Source: Guillardia theta CCMP2712
Lineage: Eukaryota; Protista; Cryptophyta
Assembly: GCF_000315625.1 (NCBI RefSeq)
Contig: NW_005434650.1
Coordinates: forward strand, 338,005-402,004
Direction of reading: 5' to 3'
Length of the DNA: 64,000 nt
A program made the translations under genes and the position numbers. How positions within the stretch are numbered: position 1 is the first letter of the stretch; each line of letters starts with the position of its first letter. The notes under the pieces are model-generated. The model saw nothing but the letters and a program-made list of their open reading frames with translations. It was not told the origin of the DNA and did not search any database. Of this stretch, positions 10,570-27,300 are shown in pieces.

Positions 10570-13500
10570 GTAACAAAGAATACAACTTTCATTGACAAGA
10601 ACATCGGGGGCTACACGCGTGTAGGGAGATCGGAAGTATCCTTCACCCTGCTCGGCTCGGCCGCTTCACCTCGCTCCACAGGACTGGAGTGTCTCAAGTC
10701 ACTCCCTGTCTCAGTCTAGTCGCCCTCACCTTCCGTCGTTTTCCGTGCGGCTGTCGAAGGACGCGTGGTAGTTGCCATTCGTCTTCCATTCCCGCAGGAA
10801 CTCGTCCAGCGGTGTGCTCACGCGGGGAGGAATAGAGAACATGGAGGAGGAGGCATACGAGTTGGCGCTCCGGATGTCGAACAACCCGAGCATCTGTCAG
10901 CTCAGTCACCCTTCAATTCTCTTGCCCTTCCAAGTCCCCGCACCTTTGAGATCACAAAGTCCGTCTGCCGCTTCGCATAAGTGTTGGGTGGAACGCAGGA
11001 GCCGGCAAGACCCTGCAGGTGCCATTGACATGAGCCGGAGCAAGGCAGTCTTCACCTTCCCCAGCATGAGGTTCGCGCAGAACTCAGCTTTCTTGCGCGA
11101 GTCCCTGCAAGATGTGAGTGAGCATGGGCAAGGCGACGAGGAGAAATCGGCGCTCAACCATGGAATCAGGAAGTCGATGATGCCGATGAAGTAGATGAAC
11201 CTTCCGTTCTCTCCTTCTTCTAGATCTCCGCAGATTGGTCCGTGCAGCCCTTCCCATCCTGCTAAAATCTTGAGCATGACCCAACAGGATCTGCAGCGAC
11301 CTTTCAATCTGTCTATTCTCGCTTCTCCCTCGAAATCAGTGAAGACAGATAGGAGGTTGTGTCTTAGCTTTCTCTGAGAGATTCGACGGTCAGTCAAGCC
11401 TGATTCAAATTCCTTGAGAGAAAATAACCTTAGACGGTTTTGTTGCTTCATTTTCTGGAATGAAAATTCTCAGAAGAGGAGAAGACCAGAGCAGCAGAGC
11501 AGCTTACTTTTGTTCTGAGCAAACTTCTTCTTCTCAATTACAAATCTTTGGTTGCATGTCAAAGTCACGTTCAGTCAGCTAGACCAAGCACCTCTTCTTG
11601 AGCTCGTCGAAATCGATTTCTTCCTTCTGCTGCTGGGTCATCGCAGGGGCGGAAGAAACTCGAGTGAAGGAAGGGAGCTCTATATCCAGGTCATGGTGAG
11701 CGTTTGTATGCACCTGCCACGGGGGGGGGCTAGGAAATTTGTTGAGATTGCTCTGAATTTGCGTGACGTAAGTTGGATTAAAAACAAAAACGAGGAAGTA
11801 AAATTTCCAACCAGGCTGGAACGATTTGCATCTTCAACATTCTCCATTTCGGAGATCTCGTTCATTCCGTTTGGTGTCAACCTTGACAGGTCATCGAGGT
11901 CCCTCTGGTCATCAAGTCAGCGAGTCCACCCTGGTCGACCAGCACGTCTGGATCACCTTGATTTGATACGGAATATGCGCGCTCGGCAAGCAAGAATCAA
12001 CCTCCTGAGCAGGGTGAGGAATGGAAGGCTGGCTAATCATGATGCCTGTACCTCAGACAAGACTGCATGACCCTGATTGCTGATCTCCAAGTCGGTTGTT
12101 CTTTCAAGAGAATTTCTCACCGAGGTGTCAGCAGGGGCTGCTAAATCAGAGATTAGATGGCGAAGATTTCTTATCAAAAATTGTTTCAACGTGATGTCTG
12201 TCCATTCTGGTTCACCAGTGGCTTGGGCTTCAAGTCGTCTAGTTTGATGGATGAAGTCCCAGCAAACACTATTCGAACTTCAATTCGTTGTAACACAAAC
12301 CAGGAACAAGTAGCAGATACCTTTGTGACTGAACGTTTGCGCGAACTTCCAGGGTTTCTTCTCCTGGCCTGACCATATGGGCTTTACTTCCTGTTTGGAT
12401 GCTTCTTTCATGTTCTTAATCGCCCGAATCAACGGAAGAATTTTCTTCCTCAGGATTCCTAGATGTTGAGATCAGTGTCTGCTGACCTCAACCCACGCGC
12501 ATTTACCTTGTAAAAGCTTAACCCCTCTGAATTTTACACCCTCATCATTCGACGCTCGATCATGGATTCCGATGAGGATTGAATAATCTAACACGCTTTG
12601 TTTCTTCAAGAAACGTGAGTCTTCTTCCAAGGCGTATGCCTGTACAAACACGCCCTGTCATTGTATGTGCAGAATAATTCCAAAGTTTCGAACGCACCAA
12701 TGAGCGTTTCAGCCCAACAGGTAGATGTATTTCCATCTTTTCGTTGATCCAATCATTATCTTTTCGAACGGAATCGCTTGGGTTGGAAGTTCTTCCATAC
12801 GTGCTGAGATGTTTTGTCAGCATGTTCGATATCGAAATGTTGTTGAGTACGATCTTACCTTCCTTTTACATCATACTGTTTGTGAAGTCCAAGATCTCCC
12901 GTGTCGAATACGCTGAGAGCAACAAAGAAAAACTTTGGGACTTGGTCCTTGCTCACAGAAACACGATATAATCCACATATTCTCATCAACAAAGATGGTT
13001 TCTGACTGATATGATTGAGATATTCAGGAAGCATCTTTATCATCTTCATCGCTTCTTTCCGCGAAATCGTCTTGATCAAAAACTTTCCTGAAAACCTGTC
13101 AATACTTTTTCACCTCATCGATCAGAGCACCATCGTGTGAAAAAAAGAATAATTCGCCCGATTTGCTATTCGTCTCGAACTCAATGAATGAGAAACTTGT
13201 TTTTGCAACAGATTGCTAGAAAAACATTAGAAGGATATGCGATGAAGACCTCATCTCGCACCTTGTATTCTTGACTTGAAACTTGGCATAACTTTCTTAC
13301 TTCTTGAAATAATTCTGGAGCTAGCTCTACAAACCAAAGGTCCTGATCATCGCCAAGCAGATGCTCCTGAGAGAATTTCGTGCCTTTGGAGGGTAGATCA
13401 TACTTCAGGGACATTGCAGACAACGCCAACATAACGAGATCAGCAGAGAATTCGGTCTCGCAAAATTTGCGCACTTCTTGCACTAGAAGCTTTTCAGTAT

Positions 13501-14266
13501 TATATCCGTAATCTCTCAATTCGCTGGCAACTTCGTGCACAAATGGTCCAAGACCATACATACAGTGACGGTATAACCTAAGGCCTTCGGCTAGTTTTAT
13601 GGAGCAATCCAAGCCAACAATCATTGCATAGGCTAGTCGATAATTTCTGCTTTCAGCATCGACCTTCTGAGCACCCTGCAAGTTTTTGGGTCTGCTTTTG
13701 AGTTTCGAGGCAACGTGAGCTGATGGCTCCTTTCGCTCATTGGCCCAGCTCATCCTCCGGGAATGCATGCTCCTTGACTTAGAGAACGGGCTCGAAGTTT
13801 TGAACCTTTGCCAGTCACCTTGCAAGACCTCCAAACACTTGTTAAGAATCTCCTGAGGTCCGTCTGTGATCGAGTAAAATTGGTCGTCGCTCCTACACAA
13901 TTGTTGATGTAACAATTTGATGTATCCCAAAATGGCAGTCTGATGAACAGTTCCAATGCTTGTAAACAAATTTCGATTCATGTACGAATGGACGAGCTGG
14001 ACCAGAAACATTCTTCCACAAAAAGTATAGAGTCTCGTGCAAGTTCTGAAGAACTGTTCCTGTATTTCAAGAGAATGACGGGAATCAATTCGTGCGTATT
14101 CCCACATTTCATCATCGATGGTCCAAACAATGAACTCGGCCATTCGTATACTGTCGTCCAGTGGTATTCGACCAGCATCATTTGCGTCATCGTCCACTAG
14201 CTGCTTGTTAGCAAGGCAACATTGAGGTACACACTTTGAAACACAATTCAAAGGTGGGATCTGCAT
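10570..14266 (-). CDS. Phosphatidylinositol-phosphate kinase (PIP5K family), multi-exon; ends approximate
   Basis: KSGEL/FFFSHD near 13135-13165, IKTISRKEA...LPEYLNHI, LMRICGLY, YDVKG, and C-lobe FIYFIGIIDFLIPW; long low-complexity insert between the lobes. Confidence 0.85.
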
Positions 14267-15643
14267 GGTTCTAATACAACTATGAAATCCTTAGATGAAA
14301 TCTTTACAATTCCCCGTTGCTATCAGCGCCGAATACATGAACGCTCGCAGGAGGAATAGTGTACAGGATTCCAATCTCCTACTTTCCACCATGCCTTGGT
14401 TTGCGACCCTTGCTATGCGCCATCAGTTCGCATTGCTTCGGGCGCCATAGCCCCCCAGTACTATCTAAAGATACCCCACCCCCATGTGACAAGAACCTAC
14501 CCACCACCCCATGCTGACAGCCGTGTTTCCTCACACTAACCCTACCTACTTCTACAGTCATGATTCTCTTCGGACCGACCCCTCATCTCTGACAGGATAC
14601 CCCCCCCCCCCCCCCCGGTAGTAACTTGTGGTGGGGCCTGCTAGTTAGGTTCAATATCCAGACTACCCCTACCCCTGTACCAGGACTACTCCCCGTAACT
14701 TAGGTCGATACAGTGACCCCTACAAGATCAGGCAAAATGACCGGTCTGGAACCAGCAAGAGCGACAAGATACCTACACCCCCAATATCCGCACCACCCTA
14801 CCATCACAGGTCGAAGAAACCCACCCTACTCTACCCTACCTGATTAAGAGGTGCGGACTCTCAGAGTCATTTGTCCTCGAATCGCTGCCTTCCCAGTGAC
14901 TTCCATTCAACCTGCTGTCTAGCTTGGGTCCATGCCTTGCCAGCGTTGCTGGCTGTCCGTCTGTTGCTTGAGTCCTTCCTTCTATCCTCCCGCGTCTCTT
15001 TCACTTTGATTCTCCTCGTCTTGCTCACTTTTACATCTGTCTTGCACGCTTGCAATCTGTCTTTGGATCACTTCACTCGGTTGATCTCTATTTGAACATC
15101 CAACAGTCATTTTTGGTAAACAAAAAGACTATGTAGGCAAGCAATCTTGCTCGTCAAGAAATGCTCTTTTTGGGAATTTTGTAATGTGCACTATTACTAG
15201 TGCAGTTTTTGTTAGGTTCTCATTTCCTTACAGCACTCTGCGTTCATAATCTGAGATTATAAAACACCACTGTGCATTTGCTATCTCATTTTCATGCAAA
15301 ACGATCAGAAATTTGATCAGAATGTTTGATCAATCAAAGAATGATTTGATGTCGTCTTGCATCTTCTGAGCTATGTTATGAGGTTCTCGAATGCGTGAAA
15401 AAACTAAGCGAGCTCAATTCTGGTCCCATCATGTGCTCAAGTCAATTGTCACTGTCTGTAGAGTCTGAGACTTGACTCGGTTTTAACTGCATGTGAAGCC
15501 TTTGCTGCCAGTGCTACTGCACCGCTATGTCAGAAAGTTGGCAAGCACTAATATCAGCATCTATGGCGACTTAGATTCACCTCTCATCTCAGCAGAATCA
15601 AGCAAGAGAGATTTCACAAAGAATGGCATTTGGTTTTTCCAAT

Positions 15644-17313
<1,670 letters not shown>

Positions 17314-17489
17314 TATCACGATCAAGATCTCATCGCGAACGTGGGCTGTCTTGTCGGTCTGTCTTGAGATGGAGAGAAGAGAGTAGAAGATGGTAGACGT
17401 TGAGACTCTTCATATCACAGGGGCTGAAAGTGCAGCGAGAACGCCTTCATCGGAATCAGTTTGGAATCTAGTAGGTCGGTACTTCCGAT

Positions 17490-17705
17490 CGGACCGTCAC
17501 CAGTCGCGGGGCAGTCGCCGGGCCCGGCCGACTCGAAAGAATCCTTGCAATTCAAGGCTGGCCGGCGGGGCCGGCCGGGCGGGGCCGCCCGGTCACGGCG
17601 CGGCGGCGTCACCGTCACGGCGGCACTGTGGTGATTCAAGACCGTGACTGACCGTGCCGTGCGGCGGCCGCACTGGCTCGGATTTTACTTGACCCGGCGC
17701 CGCAT
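17490..17705. promoter_or_regulatory. GC/CpG-rich island in the divergent intergenic region between TTLL9 and the giant gene
   Basis: Dense CCGG/GGCC and repeated GTCAC/GTGAC words; function inferred from position only. Confidence 0.35.
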
Positions 17706-18352
17706 TGTTCTTCTACAGCTGCAATGAGGTAACTGCGTTTGCTTCGGCTTGCCTTTCAAATTTCAGTCAATAAAACAATATCTTACCATACTGTTTGTCG
17801 TCACTTTCCCCGGAGCTTAGGCCTACCGTAGCCTTGGTCCGATCACCGGGTGCTGGCTAGCACTCGGAGCCGCATCGCAGACGGTTATAAAGTTAACGGT
17901 ATTATAACGGTTGTCAATCAACCATCAAACGTATTACCCCCACCCCACAGTTCCCTTCACATGTGTAGAGCCTACCCTCCTTTTTCAGTGATCGGTTGTT
18001 GGATAGTGCCAGGGCGCTCAGGGGTGGGATGGAGGGGGTGGGTGGTTCCCCCAGGATCACTTATGCAGATCGATGTGGTATGGGTGGAACTGAGTGGAAG
18101 GAGGAGGGGAGGGGAGAAGAGCAAGAGAAGCAGAGGATTTTGATAGGTAAGGACAACTTCAAAGGGGGCAACTTGACGATATAGCGAGTCAGCGATCAGC
18201 AAGGAAGGAGTGATCGTCAGCGCGAAACAAACAACATTGCTGTTTCAGGAAACGTGGAATGCGATTTGATTGAGGCTTCATTGTTTCCTAGGAGTGGTTG
18301 CTCTTGTTTCATTCATAAGCGTCGATGATCCACGAAAGGATTGCGATCTGAA

Positions 18353-21300
18353 ATGGGTACAAGCTGGCGCTTGAACGTAGTCAGACCTTGGTCTTGGACT
18401 GCTCGAAGAACTGTGATTCTGATATGGAGCCTGTTAGCTGTCCTTCGCGGATGCGGCTCAAGTGGCGAAGATCTGGAGTTGAAACCACCAACGTGTTTGA
18501 TAGTATCGAAACTGAGATCAGAGATGAAGTCACGGGAAATAGAGAGATATCGTTTGGACGGCAGGATACAAGGAGGGCCGCAGGTAATCTATGTGGACGT
18601 CTCCACAGGTGAGCGTAGACGCAATCTGTTCCTATTGCTGTTGTCTGACTGTCTTCCATTCATCGAAAAGCTGGGGGTCTGCAAGCACGATACTTTCATC
18701 TCGACCAAGAAGCAAAGTTTGATGTGCTTTCAACAACCAAGGCGACTGACAATTTCAGATTGTATGCGTCTGTTAGAGACAGTGATGGGACCTGTACTGA
18801 CGCGTCTTCCCTTCTTCTGGAATCTATTTCAGTATCTCTATCTACAATGTACATATCTTTGATCAAAATGTCGGACAATTGGGAATCATTAAGTTTTCCC
18901 CTATCGAGCATCGGCGTTTATCCCATACAGCTCTCGGTGCAACCTTCTTGTGTGCTGTCGGCATCCTATTACAACGCTGAGTCTATTCTGCAACTTAGTT
19001 TGAGACAAAGCCGTTGCATTCAGAATGGAACTCTTAGCATTAATCTTATGAATCAACCTTCTTCACTGATTCTCAACCACGCTCAAGTGCGTTGGCTGGG
19101 ATTTTTCAATCCATCGGAAAGTGATTCCTACACCTTTCATGTAGCATTGTCTGATGTTTCAGAACGAATTAAGCTTTGGATCGATAGCTACTTGATTATC
19201 GATCAGTGGCATAGTCTGGCCAACGAGAACGTTAGTGGTTCTTTTCAATTCTGGACAAGCAACGTTCTTTTCCAGCTACAAATCGAATATAAGCAGCCTT
19301 ACGACTCCCAACCCGCAAGTTTAAGTTGGGCAAGAAGTTGCACGAGACATGCTCTTCAACTTGAATCAAACTTGTGGACCAGTTTGCGGACGGCTCAGAA
19401 CTTTTCAGTAACACCGGGAGCGATAAGCCCGAGATATTCTCATGCAGTTGGTGCTGGTTTGACATGTGCGACGATTGGAATATCATCAACTTTGCTCATA
19501 AGGACACGCGACCAATTCAACAATCCAACTGTTATTGACCAGAATGCCCTCTTCGAATATGAGCTTATCAGAGTTGGCACCTCCCTGAATTTGGGACGTT
19601 CTAATGCAACACTAAGGAGGCGGATAGATACATGCTATAACAAGTCAGATTGTACCTTCTGGATAAGGCATTCACTCAGTGGTTTCTACACACTTTCGCT
19701 GATTTTAAAGTTCCAAGATGGAGAGTTTGTCGTTCGGCCTACTCCAACGCAGTTGTATGTTCAAGGGCCTTACATCTCTGATCGACAATTCAAAATACAA
19801 GCCGCTCCGACATGTATAGCTGGGATGGAGTTTTCAATCGCCATCGTGGAATTCTCTGACTCCCTAATCGTTTTGCACAACATCTCTTTTAATTGGAAAC
19901 TCTCGCGATATGTAGATGATCATTCAGAACTTCTTGTCACTACGTCTCATGGTGAAGCACAAAGTTACGAAAGCATTGCATTTTGGATTGCTCAAGGCGG
20001 CTATTATCGGATCGATGTGACATCTGAGTTAGAGAGTGTTGTTAATAGTCCATTTTACTTCACTTGCATTGACTGTCGTGCTTGTTCGCATCAGGTTCAG
20101 ATAAGAGGAGATGGTCTCACTGTGGCCACGGCCGGAAGTGAAGCGCAATTTTTTGTGTCTTCCACTTCAGAGTCGTTTGACTTGACCGATGTGAAATATG
20201 CTGTGAAGATAAGTGTCATCAATCAGACCAAGATATTCCCGTCAACCAACATTCGGGGCAATCTCAGCCTTGTATCTTGGTTAGTAACGCAGAGCTCGTC
20301 ATATGACCTACAGGTGGGTGCGATGGTTCCAAACTATGTGTTGGCAACGTATTATGACGCTCATGATGCTTTGCAAACGAACTACAGCGGTCACATCTTT
20401 CAGAACTGCACAAGGAAAATGTTAGACAATTCATCTTCACCTGGCTTGAACACAATCCAATGGAAAAGTTACATCCAAGGGCCATTAATAGGGGAGATTT
20501 ACGTGATGCTCGATGTTGGACAAAATGTAGACTACGTGAACATCACAATCGATGGTCATCCTTACTTTGATACATGGATTTTAAGAGATCAAAAGCTGTC
20601 ATCAAAGCCTGTCACATTCAACAACTTGTCACAGTGGCATGAAATCGATTTTTACACCATTCAGCGATCGATCGATTTCTGCCTTGATCTGAAATGGATT
20701 CCAACCCTGAGAGATATCAAACTTTACAAGGATTTTGTGCATTACAGTTTTTTCGGTTTGACTCAGTATTCTCATTCAGCTTTGGTTTATCCTGCTGCAG
20801 TCTGTGGATTTTCTTCACTAATACGAGGTTCTGGATTGTCGATTTCTACTGCTGGAATGTTGTCCTTTTTCAAATTGGAGACGAGAGATGAGTTTGGAAA
20901 TTGTGCTGACTCTCAGTTGAACATTTCAGACATCGAACTGCTGATAGACAATCGCAAGATTGAGTTAATAGGGTTCAATCGTTCTTTTGCATCGCTGTGT
21001 CAGTACGATGCTTCATATGCTGTGAGTCGAAGTGGTGAATTTTCAACAAAGATCAGCCTGATTCTGGAGAATGGCTTATGGGCAACTTACTACATGGATC
21101 CAATTCTTGGAAGACCATTAAGGGTCGAATGGAACGAAAACGTCAACTTGAGCACAAGTATTTACAGCATGAATGATTTCAAGAGTGTTAGGTGGGAAGG
21201 ACAGTTAAGATTGGAAAGCGATGCAAAGATTTTAACGTTGAGAAAGAATGCTGCATCTGTGTTGATACAGGGAAATGATGATTGTGCATCTGTCGTCATA

Positions 21301-24300
21301 GATCGTCAAGAAGCGATCGATCTTTGTCGAGATCAGAGGGGGATTTCGAACAGTCATGGTGAATATGAGTTCAGTGATAAAGCAAGTCAATTGTTTGAGA
21401 TCGAGATACGATATCAATCACTGTCAAATGAAAAGATGAATTGTCAGCTGGGCTGGTCCACACTTAAGAGTGCTCCCGAGATCATTCCCAAAGGAGCCTT
21501 TCGAGGTGCAGTTGCTATTTTGAATTCCCTTCCAGTTACAGTCTTTCCATATCCTGAGCTATTTCCTGCACTCGTGACACATGGAGATGGAATAACGCTC
21601 GCAACTGCTGGATTTTCGTCTCAATTTTCACTCAGGTCTTTTGACCGGTTCGGCAACTTGATGAATGATACCAGGATGGTCATGCTTCTTCAGATGGCTG
21701 ACGTGGCAGATTCGAAGCTAGTCTTCTTGGATCCAGTCGAAATTCCTTACTATGCGTTTAGAGTTGAAGATTCTGGTGACTACAATATGTATATTACCTC
21801 CTATCAATTGGGAAATTTGATTGCTACGTTCTACGAGCAAATAGATGGCATTTCAGTCGAAAGTGGTAATGTTATGCTAAATTCAGATACATGTTTATGG
21901 GCCATACAGGACATTCAAAGCCTCTTCCCTCTATGCGTCTCTTGCGATTTTCTGGTTGAGATAACTGGTTACCTGAGCTTTGATGTGGTCAAAGAAGGAG
22001 TTTTGCAAGCCCATCTTCCAACAGTCGATGATAGGATAAAGCTTTGGATAGATGGAGAAATTTTGATTGATCAGTGGAGTAGTCTCAGCAACCTGCAACT
22101 GTCTACTCCTTTCCTTCATTTTGCGAATAGATCCATACAGAGCTTTCGAGTTATGCAGAACCATCCGAATGTAACTGAAGGCCTTTTACAATTAAGATGG
22201 TATAATGCAAATCATAGTGGAGAATGCATCACCACAAATAGTATTCTTACGCCTTATCCAGCATCACCTAGCGAATTGATAGCAGTGCTGAAGGTCAATC
22301 CATCCATTGTATGCAGCACACTGTCCATCATGAGCGGACGGGGATTGAGTCTTGCAACGAAAGGAAGTTTTAGCACATTTGCGATAATCATGAAGGACGG
22401 TTTCAACAATTCCATTTCACCACAAGCTTACGACTTGATGTTGAATTCTTTGGGTCATAATTTGCATCCCACTTTCCTTGGGAGTCTTGATGAAGAGTCA
22501 AGATATGGGTTTTTGCCGCAAACCGTTGGGTTTGGAGCAAATGTTTCGTTCAATTACCTTACGAAGGGACTGCAGGCTACATACTACATTGATCAAAATC
22601 CTTCGTATGAACTAGCACAGCATAACTCATGTTTGCTGGATTCAAATCTGAATTGCAGGAATTTCAATTGCACACTCCTGCTGTCCGGATACCTGCAGTT
22701 TCCAAACGAAGGAACAATTACGATGTTGAGTCAAGCATCAGGTTATGAAAATAGTCTTGAACTTTTGATTAACCAAGTCGCTGTAGTGAAGCAATCAGCC
22801 TGTTACGGCATTTGCGATTCATCTGGAGATTTTTTGAGCTTAGGCTCAGAGCTGTATAAAGTTGAAGTGACGTACACGTTTAGAAACTCATCAGGAGCAC
22901 TTCGTTTAGGTTGGAGAAATTTTGATCGCTATGGAGCTATGACTGAAAGTCGCCTAACATGTACCAATTTCTTCTTGGTCGAAGTAGATCAACCAATAAT
23001 GACTAGCTTTGCTGTCTTTCCAGCATTGGAGGATTCTTTGGAATGTGATTCCCAAATTCATTTTCCCAGCATAGCTGATTCTGGTGTATCATTTCAAATT
23101 TATTTAAAATCGTACGGTGATTACTGCGACAACCTGTTCGCGAATCTTTCCCGTGCAGTCTTATTGCTACAAAACCTCGAGAACAATGTTTCGGGGGGTA
23201 TACTAGTCACTCTTGTAAAATCAGAGAACGTTTCAATCTCAATTACAAGGAGTGGGCAGTACTCGACTTCTTTATTTCTGACGGTGCCAGGTGGACTTAT
23301 CGCTTCTTATTTTGACAAGATGCTTTGTCATGAATATCCTTGCACACCAGTTTCAACATCATTAGAGCCTTCGCTGATGTTCTTGTGGAGCGATGAGAAC
23401 CCAATCATTAAGAACGGGTCGTTCAGCACCAATTCTTATGCTTCTGTCCTTTTCAAAGGATATCTACTTCCAGAGTTTAGTGGCAGTTTGACATTGTTCT
23501 TGACCACCAGTCATGAGATCGAATCACGAAGATGTAATTGGTGTCACAATTCAGCTCAATTGTTTATTAATGACATACAAATTTTGAATTCTGACTGGGA
23601 CTCGCAAGGTCCTGAGTTCACTGCAACCTTGAATGTTGTGGAGAATCAGTTTTACAAGTTGGAATTGTTTTACAGGCAGTACGTCGGAAATGGTACATTA
23701 AAACTTGAGTGGATGAGCGAAAATGTACCCAGAGGGCTGATTCCTTCATCTCGCTTGTACTTTCCCCATGAGTTCTCCAAATTCCGTTCGAAAATTTCAA
23801 TTTTGCCAAGTAATTGCAACCTCCGTAATTCACTAGTCACATACACTTCAATTCTGACTGCAGGATTGACTGCAGACTTCACAGTATCTTGCTTTGATCA
23901 GTTTGGTAATCAAGCCTCAGCAAACTTTCCATTCCTTCTGAGTGATGTTGCTTATCAAGGAAACTCGATAAAGTCGTCAGTACTACTGAGCCCGAAAATC
24001 GGGACCAACACAGCTGTTGGTGGTTTAAATGTTTCCAAGGCGGGGCTATCGAATATATCGGGTTACCTTTTGCTTCCGGGGATTAGCGTTTTGACACAGA
24101 ATTGCAATCATACGGACTCAGCGCTATGGACGAGTGGAGTGAATGCATCATTCGAAGACTTGTTTTTTCATACCTGCACGTTCCCATTCATTACAATATG
24201 GAGTGGGTATTTGCAATTCACGACGAGCGGAGTACATACGTTTAAGACGGATCTTGGGGTTGGATCAAGCGACCGAGTGAGGTTGTGGATAGATGAATCT

Positions 24301-27300
24301 CTCGTCATTGACCAATGGGCGAGTTTAAATGTGGTGAGTCCATCAACGGTTTGGAATGTCGAGGCCAATGGTACATACGTAGCATTTGTGCTGGAATATT
24401 TCGCATCAACCGATGCATTTAAAATGACGTTTTCATGGAAGTATAGTAATTTTGATTGGGAGATCGTGCCAACAGACTATCTGCTTCATGGAGAAATTTT
24501 ACCTTTGGCTCCATTTTTGATCTTGGTTCTACCAGGGGTTGCATCGCAGAGGTCTATAGCTGTCGGAGACGGATTGACTTGCGCAACATCTGGCTTACAA
24601 TCATTCTTCACAATACAGGCCCGTGATAGCTTTCTAAATGTTGCGACACTTGGCGATGACTCATTTTACATTCATTTCCAAGAGGATTTCAAACTTCTTC
24701 AAGTTCAAGTTTTTCAGATAAACGAATCTTCATCACAAGTCTCGTTTACTCTTGGTGGATTTGATGGGTTCTCCATGCTTGGGATTTACGTCGATGGCAT
24801 TAGTCACATTTCTGGCAGTCCATGGGAAATTCGAGTGAAACCCGGTAATTCCTTGTTTTTTGCATGAACGAGGATTCTAACAGGTGATGCAGGTGTTCTG
24901 GACTTGATGTATAGTGAGATTGACCTTCTTACCACACTTACAGCGGGGATATATTCCCAGTTTTTACTTTCTGCAAAGGACAAATTCAATGTCACTACTT
25001 TAGAAACCAACCCTGCATTGCTAATAGCAAAATTCGATTTGAATGACGGAAGTGGGAGCTCATCTTTTATATCAACATTTCAAAATCTGAGTGCTGGACA
25101 ATATGCGGCTTCCATAGGCTTCACCAGGAGTGGAAAGTATCTTGCATCTGTAGGAAAGCTGACAGGTTTGCATTTCCTATTCCTTGATAGATTCGTGATT
25201 TCATGCGCAGGGTCGGGTCTGTCTGCACATGTTTATTCAGGCTCAAATCATTTTCTGTCAGTGAAGGAGAGCATTTCACTTTCACTTGACGGACCGCCGA
25301 TTGCTGAAGTTGAATGGAACAGTGCATTTGAGATAATTTGGAATGGTTTCATCATCCTTCCTTATGAAGGGAACGTCACCTTTCAATCCGTCCTCACCAA
25401 CAACCAGGACAGAGTGGCAATTTGGATGGACAATCAAATCATCTTTGACCAATGGTCAAGCATCGACAAGTTGATTTCATCTTGGAATTTCTATTCCAAC
25501 AGAATAGATTCTAGCCACCCAATCTCGGTCCGATTTTCGCATAGGTACGGCTATTGCAAGTTTGACATCAAGTGGTCGTGGTCTGGAGTAGATCTGTACT
25601 CCATTCCAGTCACTCAGCTTTTCAGTCAAATCTCACACATCCAAGGCTCTCCTTTCGATGTGGTCATAGTGCCAGGTAAGAACTACATGACAGGTCCGAT
25701 TTCTGACATCTTGTCCAAGGCTTTCCAAGGGCAACTGCAACCTTCGGGAGTGGGTTGACTATTGCTGTCGTTGGGAATGTTGCGACTTTCATTGTGGTCT
25801 CTAAGGACGTCTATGGAAATCCAAGGGTGAACTCAAACGATTTGATTGTGGTCAGACTACTTCAGAATCGATCAGGAACGGTGAATTCAATTTACCCATC
25901 CCAATCCATTTCAAAGAACAATGAGCTGTATTTCGTAGATTACGTTGCTCTGACAAGTGCAGGAGTTCTTCAGTTGTATGCAAGCGTGTTTAGCCAAGGT
26001 ACTTTTGCAATGAGATTGATCTGACTCAGACTGATTATCTCACAGTTGGCTTGTTTGCTACTTATTACGACCTGAATGACGATCCCAGCAAGGTGCAGAT
26101 TTTGGAATCATTTTCCTCGAGCGCTGCAAAAGGCCTTGGAGATACCAACTCTACATTGAGAGTCAATATGCAAGGATTCCTCTTTAATCTTTCTTCTGGG
26201 GAATACGCCTTCAATGTAGGCCTAGGGCAGGACCATGAGCGTGTAAGGATATGGTTAGATGGTATGATACTCGTGAATGAGTGGGACAGCTTAACGGGCA
26301 TTCAGACATCATCGTCCTATACCCTGAATTCAGACAAAAATATTGTCGAAGTCCAGGTAGAGTACAAGTACGATTTTGCAAGTACAGGATTACAGATCAT
26401 GTGGATGGGTCCTGGTTTCGGAATGAAAGTCATGCAATCCATCTTCTTTGATGGCGGTGTGGTTGGAAGTCCGTTCGATCTTCACATTGTCACAAGCTCA
26501 ACTTCAGCAAGCACAAATCTCTCACTAGTCTCTCAATTTGGATCAGCAAACTATAATCTTCTTCTAGATTTGATTCCAATTGCGCAATTAGATTCACCGG
26601 ATGGCGAAGCACTCACTTATCAATTGCAGATCAGAGATGCTTTCGGAAATATCATATTTCCGAATTGTGAAAGTGGTGTTGAAACTTTCTGCTCTCTTCT
26701 ACCGATCATGGTGAGCATGGAAAGTACCAATAATCACAAAGCATTGGGAACTAGATCCATTTTAAATGGGAACATTTTCTACTCTTTTGTCATTACTGTT
26801 TCAGGATTATACTCAATCAAACTTGAACATTTCAATTTCAATTCATTGCAGTTTGTGACCAAGACTTCTGGAAATAATCTCATTCTTGGTTCCTCTTTCG
26901 TTTCATCCATCTTAGATTCTCCTGCGCTGCTTGAGAAGTATCCACAGGTAAACACCCTGTCTGGCTTTATTGTTTCAAGAAATGCTGGCCTCATCAGATT
27001 TGGACTTCGAACAAGCACGAGAGCCCAGCTCTACATCGACAATGAACTAGTAATTGACTTCCCTGGATATTCTCAAGGAAACGAATCGTTCGGTCAAAAG
27101 TGGTTTCCATCCAACTTTCCTTTGTCCATGTTGTTGGTTCATCAAGTGACTTCTCAAGCTGATACTGATCTGAAACTTGTTTGGAGTTATGGCTTGTCAC
27201 CATTTTCCAGCATACCAGTGTCAAGCATGTATTATCAAGCAAATCTCGCAAGAGCTTACAGGGAATCTGTCCTGATCTCACATTCCCTTTCTGATTTGGT

